35,887 nucleotides of DNA, from NCBI RefSeq assembly GCF_001194135.2, contig NC_068982.1:120147529-120183415 (forward strand), given 5' to 3'. The DNA is from Octopus bimaculoides (Eukaryota). Position numbers and translations under genes: made by a program. Below the pieces are notes generated by a model, which had not been told where the DNA came from, did no database searches, and was given only the letters and a program-made list of their open reading frames with translations. The stretch's first letter is position 1. Each line of letters begins with the position of its first letter. Of the stretch, positions 34,321-35,887 are shown one piece after another.

Positions 34321-34824
34321 CATACGTTAGGTGGTGTCGAAACACAACCATTTTTAAGGAACCTTAATTACACGGTATGCACAAAGTTTCAAATAGCATT
34401 TTCAAAAAAATATATGAAAATTATGGCTATGTGACCCCTCCGTACCCCTTGCATACACCCCTTACAATTAGATACACTAATTTCCTATCTTAATCATGTA
34501 ATCTCTTACACATATATACTAAATTGCTTATCGATATGAAATATTTGATCATATTTCACTGTAGAAACCTTGTTTAAAACATCTGATGAGTAAAGATAGC
34601 AAAAACATTGAGATATAAGACAATTGGTAGGTAGGTACCCCTGCAATACGGTAAAATTATAACTTTAATATGTGTTAAATGAATATTTTTAAGGAAATGT
34701 ATACATTTGTTAAATGATTTTCTTTTTGTTTTTCAGATTATTTTTGAGCTAAATTGTATTATAATTTTACAAAATTACCCACATAAGTTTAAACTGTGGT
34801 AATTTAAGTATATAAAATTATATA

Positions 34825-35394
34825 ATGGCAACTAGAAGTAAAAGCTGTAATTCAACATTTGCATTTCTTGCAGAACTTCCTACAGTAATGACCCCATCAA
34901 AGCTGATGTACTTCGACATTATTTAGACATATGTAAATGTAAAGAACATTATCAAAAACTTCACCCACAGCGAAAGAATACTACCGGATTGTTGCTGCTG
35001 ATGTGCAAACAATATGGGATAAATTTTCTCTTCCTTATATTGGATTCGAGGAAATAGTTTTAAAAACTGAGAGATTGATTTAATCTACTTGTAAATTAAA
35101 CAAAATACCTATCAAGCAAAGAGGAGTTTTGATAAGAAATTAGAGGAGTTCAATGAAGTGTTTGATATATACACCTGCACGTGTTATGACAAACAAATAA
35201 AAAGATCTGACATCATAACCAACACCTCTTCGTTGCCATAGCTAAGGAGTCAGCATGCTATCAATTTAGTGACAAAAGCTTCTGAAGTCGGAATAGACTA
35301 CGAAGATAGGCACAAATTCATATTAAATGTATGGAAATCAAGACAAAGTTCACCTCACTTCGACTGGAAACACAATGGTCATTTAATTAAATAG
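34825..35394 (+). pseudogene. Internally deleted DNA-transposase-like relic (resembles 'CC8L18.2-like' proteins; superfamily uncertain)
   Basis: Frameshifted MATRSKS...KADVLRHY...VAADVQTIWDKFSLP...VFDIYTCTC joined to a C-terminal CHS*GV..AINLVTKAS...YEDRHKFIL...SRQSSPHF*. The central domain is missing. Confidence 0.6.
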
Positions 35395-35649
35395 TAAATA
35401 CTATTAATGCTTATTTTATGGTGTTCATTCATGTATTTCGTTTGAGGTGCGTGCATATTTTTTTAATGCATATCATAAAAGTCATTACGAATTTACATTT
35501 TTTTATGTTGGAAGTGCTTTTCTGAATATAGGCTTTTTTATAAAAAGAAAATTAATGCAAACTATATAAATAAATAAAGATTCCAATAACTGTTTGTTTT
35601 TTTTTTCAGGTGGATCGGGGTTGGATATAATTTATAAAATATTATGTTA

Positions 35650-35887
35650 CTCTTTACTCTTTTACTCTTTTACTTGTTTCAGTCATTTGACTGTGGGCAT
35701 TCTGGAGCACCGTTTTTAGTGGAGCAAATCGACCCCAGGACTTATTCTTTGTAAGCCTAGTACTTATTCTATCGGTATCTTTTGCAGGACCGCTAGTGTT
35801 ACGGGGACGTAAACACACCAGCATCGGTTGTCAATCGATGTTGGTGGGACAAACACAGACACACAAACATATACACACACATACATA
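35650..35887 (-). mobile_element. 3' part of SINE-like family E (continues beyond the window)
   Basis: (TTTTACTC)-repeat end, ATCGACCCC/GTACTTA block related to family B, followed by a CA microsatellite. SINE identity is inferred; the head is not in the window. Confidence 0.55.

Noticed and set aside
34583-34615. CTGATGAG...CAAAAAC hammerhead-like start
   Set aside because: Lacks GAAA, the cleavage triplet and stem I.

Overview
AT-rich eukaryotic non-genic or intronic DNA with many microsatellites and seven N-gaps. The repeat landscape (compound CA/TA/GATA/TATG microsatellites, several tRNA-type SINE families, R4/Dong, RTE, Tx1, Penelope-like and Tc1/mariner relics) resembles octopus genomes; this is inference, no search was run. 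No intact gene is visible, and almost all long ORFs in the supplied track are microsatellite or N artefacts. Best leads: (1) a pri-miRNA-shaped hairpin at 10097-10177 (-) whose two arm mismatches both become G:U pairs on that strand; (2) a splice-flanked 72-nt candidate exon at 12693-12764 with a TLDc-like FGAFxxxxW motif; (3) a composite of two R4/Dong LINE subfamilies containing a microhomology-bounded inversion that restores the RT frame when flipped; (4) an unclassified TIR element with duplicated termini; (5) hammerhead-like motifs in Penelope-type repeat ends. An Illumina adapter remnant borders one gap. I could not demonstrate a new multi-gene system.
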